64,000 bases of DNA, taken from positions 89,218,001 to 89,282,000 of the forward strand of contig JBITNC010000001.1 of assembly GCA_050084985.1 (NCBI GenBank), written 5' to 3'. The position numbers and the translations under genes were made by a program. Positions 37,501 through 51,100 of the stretch are shown here, in pieces. Numbering within the stretch: the first letter of the stretch is position 1; every line of letters begins with the position of its first letter. Below the pieces are notes generated by a model, which ran no database searches, was not told the DNA's origin, and saw only the letters and a list, made by a program, of their open reading frames with translations. This DNA comes from Nageia nagi. Its lineage: Eukaryota; Plantae; Pinophyta.

Positions 37501-40500
37501 TAGGTGATGAATGCTTCTCATCCTTATATTAGTGTTTAGCAGTTTTGTTCTCCATTCTTTAAGATTTGAAGAGTATGCAAATTAATATTTAACTCATACT
37601 AGAAACAAAGGTAACATCATGGCATTTATATGGCATATTCAACCAGATGAATCATGTGGATGAGCCGTTCTATTGAGTTTCTCAAATGTTCTCCTCTTAA
37701 CCAGCATTCTCTTTAATGTTGCTACTTCCTTTACTTGTGCTCTCACTAAACTTCTTCCATGTGGCCTGAAAACTGTTCTCTTGGTTCAATCTGTCTTTAC
37801 AAATGAGCCATTTCAGTTTTTCAACAAACGCCAATTGCAATCAATGAAGTTTCAACTAATTTTAAACTTGCAAAATAACTGCATGTGCATTTTGAGTACA
37901 AAGGAAATGGGATCCTTTCTATTCCTTTTCCTTTAGAACTCATCATTACATGTTTTCCTCAATTACTGATTTTTTTTTTTGGTAGTAACACACTTGTTCT
38001 TCCATAGGGCCTGAACAACCGTTATCTTGGTTCAGTGTATCTTTATAAAGTAAGCCATTTCAGTTTTTCTGAAAACCCCAATTGTGATCAAAGAAGTTCC
38101 AACTGAGCTTAAACTTGCAAAATAACTGCATGTGCCTTTTGAGTACAAAGGAAGTGAGATTCCCTTATATTCCTTTTCTTTTAGAATTCATCATTACATG
38201 TTTTCCACAATTCCTGAAATTATTTTTTTGTAATAACACAATTGTGAGTTGACATGCAAACATTTCTGTCAAAATTACTAAAGCAAGGTCTACACCTATA
38301 TATTTCAAGGTCTCTGCAAACTTTACATGGACAGGCATTGCTACCAGGTTTTTCAAGACAACCAACTAGAATTTTGTAAAAAAAAAAGAAAAGGGAAAAA
38401 AAGGAGCATGCAATCATACTTTTGAAATTAAGATGAAAGGACCAATTTAAATTCTGAATTTCAGCCCAAGATAAGTCTGGTTATTTTTGTGTCATATGAA
38501 TTATTCAATGAACTAGCATGTGTTTTTGTTTCAGTTTTAGCCATTCAAATTCAAATTATTTTTAGAGTTAACCAATTTATGCTTTGTTAGAAACAAATTT
38601 TTGAAAGGCTTTATGAAGCATTGAAACATATCCAATTCAGCCTGAGATGCCTAAGAAAATGCTATTGTAAAGATGGTAAAAGCCAAAAAATAGTATTTTA
38701 CCCCTTATACCATTGAATATATTAACAACCATTGTGCCACAATGATTTGTCATATTGAATAATGATATTCTTTAAATATGTTCTGAGCAGAATGCCAACA
38801 AGTCCACTACATTTTGGATGATGGACCAAACATCTTTCTTAATGAAATTATAGGCCAATTCTAATCCTGGTCCAGTTTTTGTAAATTCTTGCAATAAGAA
38901 GGCTTATAGCTGTGTAATCAGCATCAAGAATGCCTAGGGAAGTCCATTAGAAGGGTTTAATGTAAACTGTCAGAAGAACCTACTTTATTAGATACAGGTC
39001 CCACTAGATGGAGTTAATACAATTTCTAAATAAGAATTGCTAACTTATTTGTGGATTCACCTCCAAAATCTTTCAAGAATAGTATAAAGTATAATGCCTG
39101 TGAGGAGCATATCTTGCAAAGCAGAGTCAGGCTGTGAATTTCCATTCAGTAAGCCTTATAGAGTTTTTTGTGAGTTTGGCAAAACCAATATCATTGTTGA
39201 AGCAATGCAATTTATATTGCCTTTTCTTCCTCCTATATATTCTTAGCTTTTTTTTGCCTCAAAATAAAACAAAGAAACCACCATTATCAAGATATCTTAA
39301 TGGTTTAGACTTTAGACAATGATTTACACTTCCTCAATTTCTGTTGATTCACACATCTAAAAACATTCTTGTGGCAAATTTTCAAGGAAACAATAAAAGA
39401 TGTTCTATTTCAATTTTTCTTTCATTATGTTTCTATGTGAAAGTGGTCATTCCTTTTGCTTGAAGTGATACCTGGAAATTGAGAAATTAAAAGTAGAAAC
39501 TTAAAAGCCTCCAAGGAACAAATAATTAAAACTTAATTCATGGAGTGTTATGCCTTGATATATCCAAGTCTTTTGAATAACAAAGACTTAATTGTGTCCA
39601 TGTTAGGATGTTTACGATCATTTCAACACCTGCATAATCCAATCAGCAGGAGTTTGAGAGAAAGATGACTTTTTGTTAAACCCTGGAATGTCATTGGCAA
39701 GGTTCCCAAACACATCAATTGTGAGGAATATTTGAAAATAAAGAAAAACGTTTTACCCCATTGAATATTACTGTAACAATGTTGGTCTTGAGGAATGCTT
39801 AAAATAACATTATTTTTTGTGAAATTTGTGATATTATATGATTATTGAATTTTATTCTTGCCAAGTTCTTTTGCTGATTTCAATTGCAAGCGAAAAATAG
39901 CCCTGCCAAGCCTGAGTCTCAACAATAATAATGTAAACTATTTATTTACAATTTTATGAATAGAAAAGGTAAAATAATATATTTAATTTTGTTCTATTGT
40001 TTAGACTATCTCAGTTAAGCATATTAATTCTCTTCCTAGTATTTTCATCAGCACTAGAATATGAAACTATGTTTACAGTAGACTCTGGTTGTTGATAACT
40101 GATTATGAATGTAATAACCTCTTGGCATTTTTATTAGAGGAGCATTTGATTAACATGGAAATCCAAATTTATTGAACATTGAAGTGTTCTCTTTCATCTT
40201 AGAAAATTGCATACATGATCATATGAATTAACTTGTGGTTAGTTATCTATAGAGTTGTATCCAGCTTCCTTAAGAAGACTCTTTATCTTCCTCAAAGGCT
40301 TTTGGTATAAATGTATGGAAATGGATTCCATGGTGGTAAATACATGACTGGTTCCAATATTGGTACACATATGCACCCATCAGTTTGGTTGACTAGGTTG
40401 ATAATTTATGTAACAATATAACAAAATAGTAGGTCCAGGTGGTAGCCTAGCTTGTTGCTGGACCAAGATTCATGTCTTGTTTTGTTCAAGGATTTTGCAT

Positions 40501-43500
40501 TGACTTGCATTCAGGTTAATGAGATCGACATTTCGAGTCTGGTGGACCTGTTAACTTTTTGTCTTTGACACTTATTAATAGAAGGATCCTCAAATCTTGA
40601 ACGTGGTTTTCTATGGAAAACATAATCAGGGGTATTTAAAGCCCTTCTTGTTACTGAAGTGGTTTTTGGAATTCATAATATTCAAGGGTTAATGATTGTT
40701 TAAGAAATTGTTCATATCAATCCCTATCAAATGTTGAAACTTGCATTTAAATAAAGAGGAGAATTTTCAGAATGCATAAATCTCGATTGATACCACACAA
40801 TCATTAATATCATATTTTCTGAATACTTGGAACTATAAAGTATATTCATTTAATTTCACTCATCGACTGATAACCAATCAAGTCAAAATTAAAAGTAGGA
40901 TTCACAAGACCATATTTGAATCAATCTTGATATGATTTTTCATGCAGAAAACCCCTTTCTTGCTAAAATTTAGAACTAAAGTTCTATTTCTATCCACATC
41001 CTTCTGAATACTTGGAACTATAAAGTATATTCATTTAATTTCACTCATCGACTGATAACCAATCAATAAGTCAAAATTAAAAATAGGATTCACAAGACCA
41101 TATTTGAATCAATCTTGATATGATTTTTCATGCAGAAAACCTCTTTCTTGCTAAAATTTAGAACTAAAGTTCTATTTCTATCCATATCCTAACTAATTTC
41201 TAAATAAAATAATTAATACTTGGGTTGGTCCTGTTTCATAAAAGTCTTTGTGCAGAACCCCCGCTATAAGAACATTCAAATTCTGGGATAGACAAAACAA
41301 TTGAGTTGTGACATTTTAAAATCATAACAAAGAGCAAGCTAAAACAAGTTTAGAAAAAGTTTAAAATCTTTGAGGTTGAGATCGAATGGTCCTTAGGAAT
41401 TTGACCATGGTCTTTTTTCCAAGCTCCTTCTGCATTTTAGTAATCTGATCTATCTTCTAACTTTTGATCTTGTGATTTGATAATCCAGATTCTCCAATCT
41501 GCTTGAGTTCCTTTTCTTAGACACTCAGTGTCAACAATAGTTTTTTGTTCATAAAGAATTTTATTTTTTAGCATCATGCAATCCTTGCCGCAAATTCTCC
41601 ATTTCTTGTCAAAACTATTGAGCTGATTTTCACAATTTTGGGGTCTCTCAATTTTCTAGAGTAACTTTGAGTAACCCATTTCTATTGTTCAGATGAAGAG
41701 ACCCTTTGTTCCAGGAAGTACTTGAGACTATGATGATACGTCTTGATACATAAATGTCTCTCTAGTAAATATGGTTGCCAATGGTCAACATCTCCTTGCC
41801 GTAATGGACTTGGCCAAATTTCTGCCACTTAAAGCCTTATCAGTGTATTTGATGGGGTGTCTCTCTTGACTGCATCAATTCCTACACCTAAAGCATCACA
41901 CTCAATGGTTTTGTGAAATCCTGTATAGCCATGATTGGGGTGATACACATTGCATGCTTGAGATGCTCAAAGGCATGAACTACTGCATCTTTCCATTGAA
42001 ATGAATTCTTGCAAAGCATGGCAGTGAGTGGGGCCACAATCTTCCCATGATATTTGACAAATTTACAATAGTGGCCTGTCAATCCAACGAATCCTCACAA
42101 GTGTTTCAATGTTTTGGGTGGTGGCCAATTAACCATTGCTTCAATTTTCTTTGGATCAACTTGAACTTCCTCATGTGAGACTTCAAATTGGGTTCGTTCT
42201 GATCGGATGTTTGCTATGGAAATGGAACGAAGTTTTTTAGCAAATGGTTTATTTTCAAAAAGTCTTTGACTACCATAATCATGTAGAAAATATTTCTGGC
42301 TTCATTAAGAAGCCCATTCTGTATATAGCCTCCAATCATCGCTTTAAATTAGATTGTGTCTATGTTGCATTTCCCTAAAGAGATTTCTGTCTTCCTTAAG
42401 AAGACAATCTGGGCATAACTTGTGATTATTGAATTCAATGAGATGGTATCTCTCTGATAGATTTTGTCAAAGAGTACATCGACCTTTTTCATATTCCTAA
42501 ACTTAGCATACATGTCTGTCAGAGCATTCATCAAAGGTATTTGAGTGAAAGTCCAATCTGGGCATATCTTGTAATAATTGAATTCCATGGGATGGTGTCT
42601 CTCTGTTGCATTTTATTAAAATAGTACATGAGCCTTTTGTATCTCCCCAAACTTAGCATACATGTCTATTGTAACATTCATTACAGACGTGAAATCCTAA
42701 TCTGGGCATATCCTGCAATTATTTACTTCCATGAGATGGTGTCTGTCTACTACATTTTATCAAAACAGCACACATATCTTCCCAAACTTAGCATACATAT
42801 CTATCAGAACATTCATCATAGACATTTGACGGAAAGATCAATATGGGCATATACTGCAATTATTGAATTCTCTGAGATTATATATCTCTGTTGAATTTTA
42901 TCAAAACAGTATATATGCCTTCTGTAATAAATTAATCAAGCTATTGATATAGGCTTTCATTAAAAAAACATGTTAACCTTGCAAGCCTAGGCCTTTATTT
43001 TTTCAATGTTGGATGATTGTGTTCTATTTTGTTACCATCCTCTACATCTCCCCTGTTGTTACATGTATATGATTACTTGAATTAAGGAGTTGGAAGGACC
43101 TTGTTGGATTTTATATTTAATATTGCTCGATATTTCAGATATTTTAGAACTAAAGTTCATATATTCACTTGTAAACAAGATCTGATCAATCTTGAATTGT
43201 GTAATATGCCAAACAAATTGGAATGAAACAAAGCCCAAAAAATATAAGATGCTAACTTTCTGTTATTTTCTTATATTATTATTTTTTTTCTTTTTCACAA
43301 TTGGTAACCTTAGATCTTTAACATAACATAACTTGCATAAATAAAACCTAGAAAGTAGACTGCTGAGCATTCCTTGACTGAGTAGAAACGTGAAACTTGG
43401 CTGTCTTCGAAATAGAAAGAGGAAACAGAAAAGGGAGACATCATTAATTTTTGTCTTTGAAGGTTGACAAGGAATGTCCTCAAGCTCCAAAACGTTGCTG

Positions 43501-46500
43501 CTAGGCAAACTTGAAAAAGGATTCCCAAAAAAAACTCTTCCTTTTGAAGAAGAAAGTACAATATATAGAACCTTTTAGTAGGTCCCACCTATTCGAGTAG
43601 AAACGTGAAACTTGGCTGTCTTCGAAATAGAAAGAGGAAACAGAAAAGGGAGACATCATTAATTTTTGTCTTTGAAGGTTGACAAGGAATGTCCTCAAGC
43701 TCCAAAACGTTGCTGCTAGGCAAACTTGAAAAAGGATTCCCAAAAAAAACTCTTCCTTTTGAAGAAGAAAGTACAATATATAGAACCTTTTAGTAGGTCC
43801 CACCTATTCACTTATGCATGTGGATACTAACTTTTATATATATATATACCATAGTAGTAAATCTCGGACTCGGCTCGGACTCGCCGAGGCCCACTCGGAC
43901 TCGAGACTCGGGACTCGGCAAAAAAATCGGCCAGACTCGGCAAAAACTCGGCAAAAGAAAAAATAAAAAAAATATGTATTTTTTCACTGAAAACATAAGT
44001 TTTTTCAATTGCATATTACTTATTATTGTTATTAGTGTCTTCTAGAAGCCTACTTACTCAACATCAACATTATACAATTTACAATATACACAATTACGAA
44101 TAAGAAAAAACGAATAGGAAGGGGCATATGTTTATATTCATCAAAATGTTAAAACTTCAAAGTTCACAATACAAAATGTGCCTATGAGGCTAAGATGGCT
44201 ACAAAATACAAAAGCACACAATCTAATATCTAATTCTATGATGGCTGAAAACTTCAATTTTTTGTCATCCTTTTCCCCTTTGCCCTAGCATAAGATACAA
44301 GTTCCTTTTGTGCCTGAGCTACGGAACTAGATGGCACTTCCCCTTCTTGTACCCTTTGCTCTTCTTGCCCCTTTGCTGCCAACTCCTCAGCTAGAATTTC
44401 AAGATCATCAAAGACAATGTTAGGAATATTAGGATGTTGTAAAGGTTGATCCTCATCATCTGAAGACTCATCCACATCCCCTGAAGGCTGACCCTGATCC
44501 TGTAAAGGCTGATCCTGATCCTGTAAAGGCTGATCGTCTACGATCCATTCACTGGATGGATCAATGGCATCAAGCTCAATGGCCTCATAATCTATACCTG
44601 CAATGTTTGCATAAAGTTCAATATCAATTTCTTAAATTTGTTTTCCAACTTAAAAGAGTTGTATATTTTATGAAATTGTAGATAATGGCCTCATAATCTA
44701 GATTCTATACCTGCAACTTTTTTATGGTGGAGGAGTAGATTGTAGTGAACAAACACAAGATCATTTAATTTTTCTTGTGTTAACCTGTTTCTCCTTTTGG
44801 AGTGAATGTGCTCAAAGATACTCCAATTACGCTCACAACCAGAAGCACTGCATGGTTGGGATAATACACGGATTGCAAAATTTTGTAGGTTGGGTGTAAA
44901 TGACCCAAAATCCTCCCACCATAAGTCTGAAAAAATCCAATAAAAATAGATTTAATACACCACAAGTTCACATGTAAAAATTGAAACTAAGATTAAAAGA
45001 TTAAAGTTTAATGTTTAATATTTAAATAACTTACGTGGTAGCAAAGTATCAACTGCTTTGGCACATTCAGGGGAACTGAAAAGGATGCCGGTGGCACTTT
45101 TATATGCTTGCATCTCAGTTTGTATTGCTGAGCGAATGTTTGGATCAGCCACCAAACGGTCAATAGCAATCCTTAATCCTGACATCACCTCATAATCCTT
45201 ACATTTTTTTCCAAACCAAAATTTGGGATTAAAATAGTAAGCTGCTGCATGAAGAGAGCTATGAAGTTGGAATGTCCAACGACGATCAATGAGATCCCAA
45301 AGGGGTTGGTATTTGGCCTTATCGATGTTATAATGTTTAGCAATAGCTTGTTTGGCCCTTTCCATGGCCTCAAACACATAACCCATAGGTGGTTTGTCTC
45401 CATCAACAAGACGAAGAACTGTCACCAAAGGCTCTACTATCTGGAAAAAAAAATATTTAAATTCAATATAAAGTTTAAAACTTTAAAGTTAAACAAAAAA
45501 ATAAAATTAAAAGTTTAATCTTTTAAATTGTACCTTGATGGCCTCCTCCATGGCCATCCAGAAGGGCTCCTCAAATAAGATGTCATAGACACTCTTCCAT
45601 TCGATGGTGCCTTTGAACCTAGCTCCAGCTTCCGTGAGCCACTCATCACCAACAAACATCTTCTTCATTGCCCCTAGATATCAAATTTATGATTGAAGTT
45701 AGTTAATCTAATCACAAATCAAAAATTAAAAATAAATAACAATTATCATGTGTATGATTATGTTACGATGAAGTTATCAACCTGTGCCTGGAAGAGACTC
45801 TGCAAAGTAATAAAAGTTGTGGCAAATCGTGTAATCCCAGGCCGTGCTATCTCCCTGCCACTAGTGTATTGCCTCATAAGATGCAACACCCATGAATGAT
45901 TGTAAACATATTTGACCACATGCTTTGCCTTCTCAACAATCGTGGCCAGCCAAGGTAATTTGCCAATGTCCTCCAGTAGCAAATCAAGACAATGGGCTGC
46001 ACATGGGGTCCATACAAGTGTTTGGTATTTGCCCTCCAAAATCCTTCCTGCTCTCTTATAAGCTGAAGCATTATCCGTGATGATCTGGACAACATTTTCA
46101 GCTCCAACCTCATCCACTATGCTACCCAACAAGGCTGCAAGACGTACTCCATTCTTCACAATGCCAGATGCATCTACTGATCTCAAGAATACAATGCCTT
46201 CACATGAGGCAACCAAGAAATTGATCAATGTTCTACCCCTACCATCTTCCCAACCATCTGACATAATCGTGCACCCTGATGTGTGCCAACTCTCACGTTG
46301 CTTATGAAGCAACGTTTGAATGTCCTGCACAGCCTCGTCAAGGAGAGGACCCCTCAAATCATAATATGTGGGTGCCTTAAATCCTTGACCGCATGCTGCA
46401 ATAGCCTCTACCATGCCCCGCCAATATGGAGACCTAGCCACATTGAATGGGATGTCTGAAAAAAACCAAAATGCAGCTATCGCCTTCCTGGCTTGCTTGT

Positions 46501-48114
46501 GTCTCTCCTCGTTCCATGCAGTCATACCATGCAATGTGGGTTGTGACCCTGGACTGGAACGTGAAGCAAAAAAAGATCCGGGTTTTGCAATTGAGGCAAT
46601 GCTAGAGCTATTGCCACCACTACCACTAGCAACTCCTCTGCTAGGAAATGGTGATGGCGTATATGTGCTACCTGTCTCTCCAAGGGGGTTTGCCATGGCC
46701 ACATCATGTTTCCTTTTCAATTCCTTCTTCTCTTTATAACCAATGAGAGATGCATTGCACTCTTGCTGAACCTCTAGGGGAACTGTAGGGCATGGCTTAA
46801 CTTCTTTCCCTACTATCCTGGCTAAGTGATACTTGAGGCGGTTTATGCCTCCACTCATATCAAAATTACAAAAGAGGCATATCACACCTCCTTTGTGTTT
46901 TGATTTTCCAGGATTCACATATTTCCATGCAGCATCTTTCTTCCCTGGAGGTAATGTTGTGGGTATTGTTGGCTGCTCATGAGGTAGACTAGCCTCACTA
47001 GCCATGATCCTGCAGCTGCACAAGAAAAATAAAAAATAATAAGATACAAAAATTAAATTTAAATAGAAAAAATAAAAATATAAGCACATGCCACAAGCTA
47101 AAAAAAATGGCTTAAATCACAAATAAAAAATGGTACTTAAAATTTTTGGCACCCGTCCAAGTATTAAATTTAGTCCCTTTACGGGGTTCCAAGGGGCAGC
47201 GCCCCTGGCGTGCCACCCCCGTCACGAGACGGGGCTTCAAATTTTTTCGAAAGGGTACAAACGGGCGTTCGGGAAGAGATCTGGGCTAAAAATTACACTA
47301 TTCCAATTCGTTTGTATCTTACCCCTAAACCCCCTATTTTTACCTCGCGCAAATTAATTCCCTAAGTGTAATTTCCAAAGTTAAACTACTAATAATATTC
47401 GGCGAAAAAAAGAATATAGAAGGTAGAGAAATAAAATTACTTACCTCAAAATTTAGCACGGATAAAATTCGGTTGGTCTAGTTGCAAAATGCTTCTCTCC
47501 TCTCTTTCGCCCTTCTTCTAACAACTGCATCGCCAAAATGACCAAAAAAGACTAGAAAAAGTAATAAAAGGCAGAAACTGGGCACTTTTTCTCAAACTGG
47601 GCACTTTTTCTCTTGCTGGTCGTGTCAGACGAGTTTTGGCGAGTCCGCGGCTAGAAACTCGCGAGTCTCGCCGGGACTCGGGACTCGCCAAGACTCGCCA
47701 AAACTCGCCGAGTCCGGCGAGTCCGAGCTGCCAAGACTCGGCCAGACAGACTCGGACTCGGGACTCGCGAGTTTTGGCGATTCCCGGCGAGTTTTGCTAC
47801 TATGATATATACATATACATACTGCCTCTATCTGGGTTTGGGTTAGTCACACCACCCATCTTTGAAAAAGTTTTGTATAAGATGATCAATAGAGATATTG
47901 GCTTCATAATCCTAGGTAGAAATGAAATGATAGATAGGTGGTCCCGCCTGTCCGTTATTCATCCATGGAGGGCGAATAAGCACTCCATCTCTAGAGGTAG
48001 TGATTCTACGATCGGCATCACCCCCTTGGTTTCAAACCAGAGTATTGGCCCAAGGATCAAATGGATGCATCCCCAATGTTTCATAATGAACATGAGATTA
48101 GGAATTGTGAGCTG

Positions 48115-48150
<36 letters not shown>

Positions 48151-51100
48151 CCCAACTTGCTTGCTCTCAAGCAAAGACAAAGCTAGGTGATCAAGTATCT
48201 CAGCTGACTCCCAAGTAGCATTCTTCTGTGGAAACCCATTCCACAGATTTATACTACTCTTGCATATATATTAAAATCGAGGTCATGACAAATCTTCCTC
48301 TCCTGACTTACTTGCCTTCAAACAAAGCTAGGTGATCAAGTATCTCAGCTGACTCCCAAGTAGCGTCCTCCTGTGGAAACTCATTCCATATATTTATAAT
48401 ATTGCCATGTTTAACTTTTTCTGTAATTTGTCTATATTTTGCAAAAGCTTTAGATTTTTCAGCATTATAATTGATCTGCTGTAATGTTCTCATCAGCTTG
48501 CTCATATCATTGGGATTATACACTGAGTTTTACATCGATTTTCCTCAAGTTGGAAGTGGAAAGGGGCTAGCCTCTTTAGTTCAGTACTTAAATCTTTAAC
48601 ACTACTTGTCTTACAGCCTTGAACATATCTATACTATACAAGAATGAGATTATGGTTGCAATTAAAAAAACCTCTAGGTGATTTGTTATATGTCAAGAAC
48701 CCTTCCTCCACTTTAAAGTGTTTAGCCCTTAAACAACTATAGAATATATTATCTATGGCTGGTTCAACATGAATCTTGGGCAAAAGTTTTTCTAGCATTT
48801 GCACTTAAGATAAAATGTCATTCGAGTCTGTTCTTAAACATTGTATTTAAACATTGTATAGTCATACTTGTCAGAAGGGTGATAAACCGATTGCTTGATG
48901 ATTGATTTCCTGTAACTTTCTTTGAAATAGCATGCAGAACTGCACCCTGTGTATCACTGCAAAATAAAATATTATCTCTTTTTCGCTCAATTGCCCATTG
49001 TTGCTTTCTTCTTTTCCTTAACTCATCATTGAAAGGCCAAATTTTTTTCTATGCATGAATTAGAAACCCTGTTTCCACCCAATATTATCCATCTGATTCA
49101 TTGTATTTGTGCATGATCTTGTATGATTCCGTTAAGTAGTTCACATTGGGCATCTTGGTTTTCCTCACTGGGAGATGCTTCAACCTCTAAAGTGTCAACA
49201 TTTACTTCCCCAGTTATATCTACATTTGCTACTACTTTTCCACGTCCGTTGTGTTCCTTCAGTTGTGAAGACTTTTGCATGTCAATATGAAATAACCTCT
49301 TGCTTTGATTCTTCTACATTTTGAGCACTATAAATTGTGCTAGTTTGTTGCACAGTTTCTGTTTTCATTGCTTGAGCATCCTCTAAATCTTCCTCACATA
49401 TTGAACTCAAGGGAAAATAGGTGTTTAGCATTTTGATCCATGCTCTGGCCGAAGCTTTTGTTGGACCCATTGAATGAGGGGACAATGAACTTCCTCAATT
49501 GATTTAGCGAATCTCTATGAGGCTGGTTGTGCATATTTCTTTGTTTAGGATGCCCCTTGGATTTGGATTTGGATTTCAAGCTGTAGAAGTCCATGAAGGA
49601 TAGATTTCCTTGGAACTCTTCGCTTTTAGTTGCAATTTTGCGTATAGGGCATCTAAATCTGTTGCATGTTGGTCTCCTTCATTTTCTTCTTGTTGCATGG
49701 CATCCCTCAGCAAAAAGTAACTCATGGTAATTTGGAATCAGCGGCTGATCTAGGTGGCTTGTTTCAATTTGCCACAGAAACTGGGGTTTCTCCACATTCA
49801 TAATTTCCTTGAGAACTAATTGTAGGGTTTAGAATGTAGACCATGAGTTTGCATTATTTGGGTGAATAGATCAATGAGTTATTGTCCCTCCTTCAATGCT
49901 TTCATTATGTTAAGAATCTCCAAGTCTTTGTTATCATCTAACATCTTCTGTAACTTCTTTTATTCCCATAGCTGATATATGATTTCTATATTGCTGGCTG
50001 ACATGCACAAAATTTAGGCTATTGTGCTTTCTCCACATGTTGGCAAATGTGGCTACATATCTACTCAACTCACAACTTAACAGTCAAGGTCTCTAGTTTC
50101 ATGTTTGCATGTCACATGCTTGTAGTTTTTGATTGGGTATCTATTCTGCATGCAGAATTTTATGTTTGCATGTCACATGCATGTAGTTTTGTGATTGACA
50201 TGCAGTAGCTTATTCTTCCTCAGGGTAGCTAGACCTTGGCTCTGATACCATTGTTGTATCTCAAACAAAATGGAACGAAACAAAACTAAAAAATATAATA
50301 TGATTTTATTTTATATTATTATTTTTTCTTTTTTCACAAACCCAAACCTTAGATTTATAACATAACATACATGCATGGATAAAACTTAGAAAGTGAATGG
50401 ATAAAAACTCACACTAAAAATAGACTTCTTGGCACTCCTTGATTAAGTAGAAACATGAAACTTGGTTATCTTTGAAATAGAAAGAACCAAAGAAGGGGGA
50501 TGTCTTCAATGGTTGTCTTTGAAGGTAGAGAAGGAATGTTCTCAAGCTCCAAAATGTTGTTTTTGGGCAAACATGAAAAGGATTTCTAAAAAACCTCATT
50601 CATTTTAAGAAAGAAATGCATGCGGGATAATTCTAACACCTATATGTATAGATAGAAAATAAGATACTATGTAACCCAAATATTCCACCTCAAATGCACT
50701 AAAGACACATTTAGATTTCTTTACAAAGAAGCGGTGGTCTTGGAGCAATTGTAGAACATAGTTTGTTGAAGATGGATCTCCCTCGACTTACTATAGATTA
50801 GGATATCATCAAAGGTGAACAATACAAACTTTCTTAGGAAGGGTTGTAACACATTGTTCATGAGGCTTTGGAAAGTGGAGGGTGCATTTGTGAGGTTGAA
50901 TGGCATAACCTTCATTATTTCGGAAAGCAGTTTTGGGATGTCAGCCTTATTCATTCAAATTTGACGATAACCCAAGCAAAGATCCAATTTGGTGAAGAAT
51001 CTTGCCCCATACAATTTATCCAACAAATCCATCAATAACTGGAATAGGAAATTTTTCCTTGATGGTGATCTTGTTGAGTTCATGAAAATCCATGCACACT

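Larger units (their letters stand above)
43200..50650 (-). mobile_element. Degenerate chromodomain-bearing Ty3/gypsy element (internally deleted), 3' LTR region interrupted by hAT
   Basis: Related LTR sequences at 43200..43560 and 50252..50620; PBS TGGTATCAGAGC 50239..50250; gag-like [19 protein letters not shown]; chromodomain-like [12 protein letters not shown] (48308..48400); PPT 48291..48303. Confidence 0.7.

Noticed and set aside
43861-43955. Regularly repeated GACTCGG motifs resembling a repeat array
   Set aside because: They are hAT subterminal repeats, mirrored at 47630..47795; there are no unique spacers and the context is eukaryotic.
47636-48190. 184-aa ORF
   Set aside because: Runs across hAT subterminal repeats, TIR, TSD and a TA microsatellite; not a gene.
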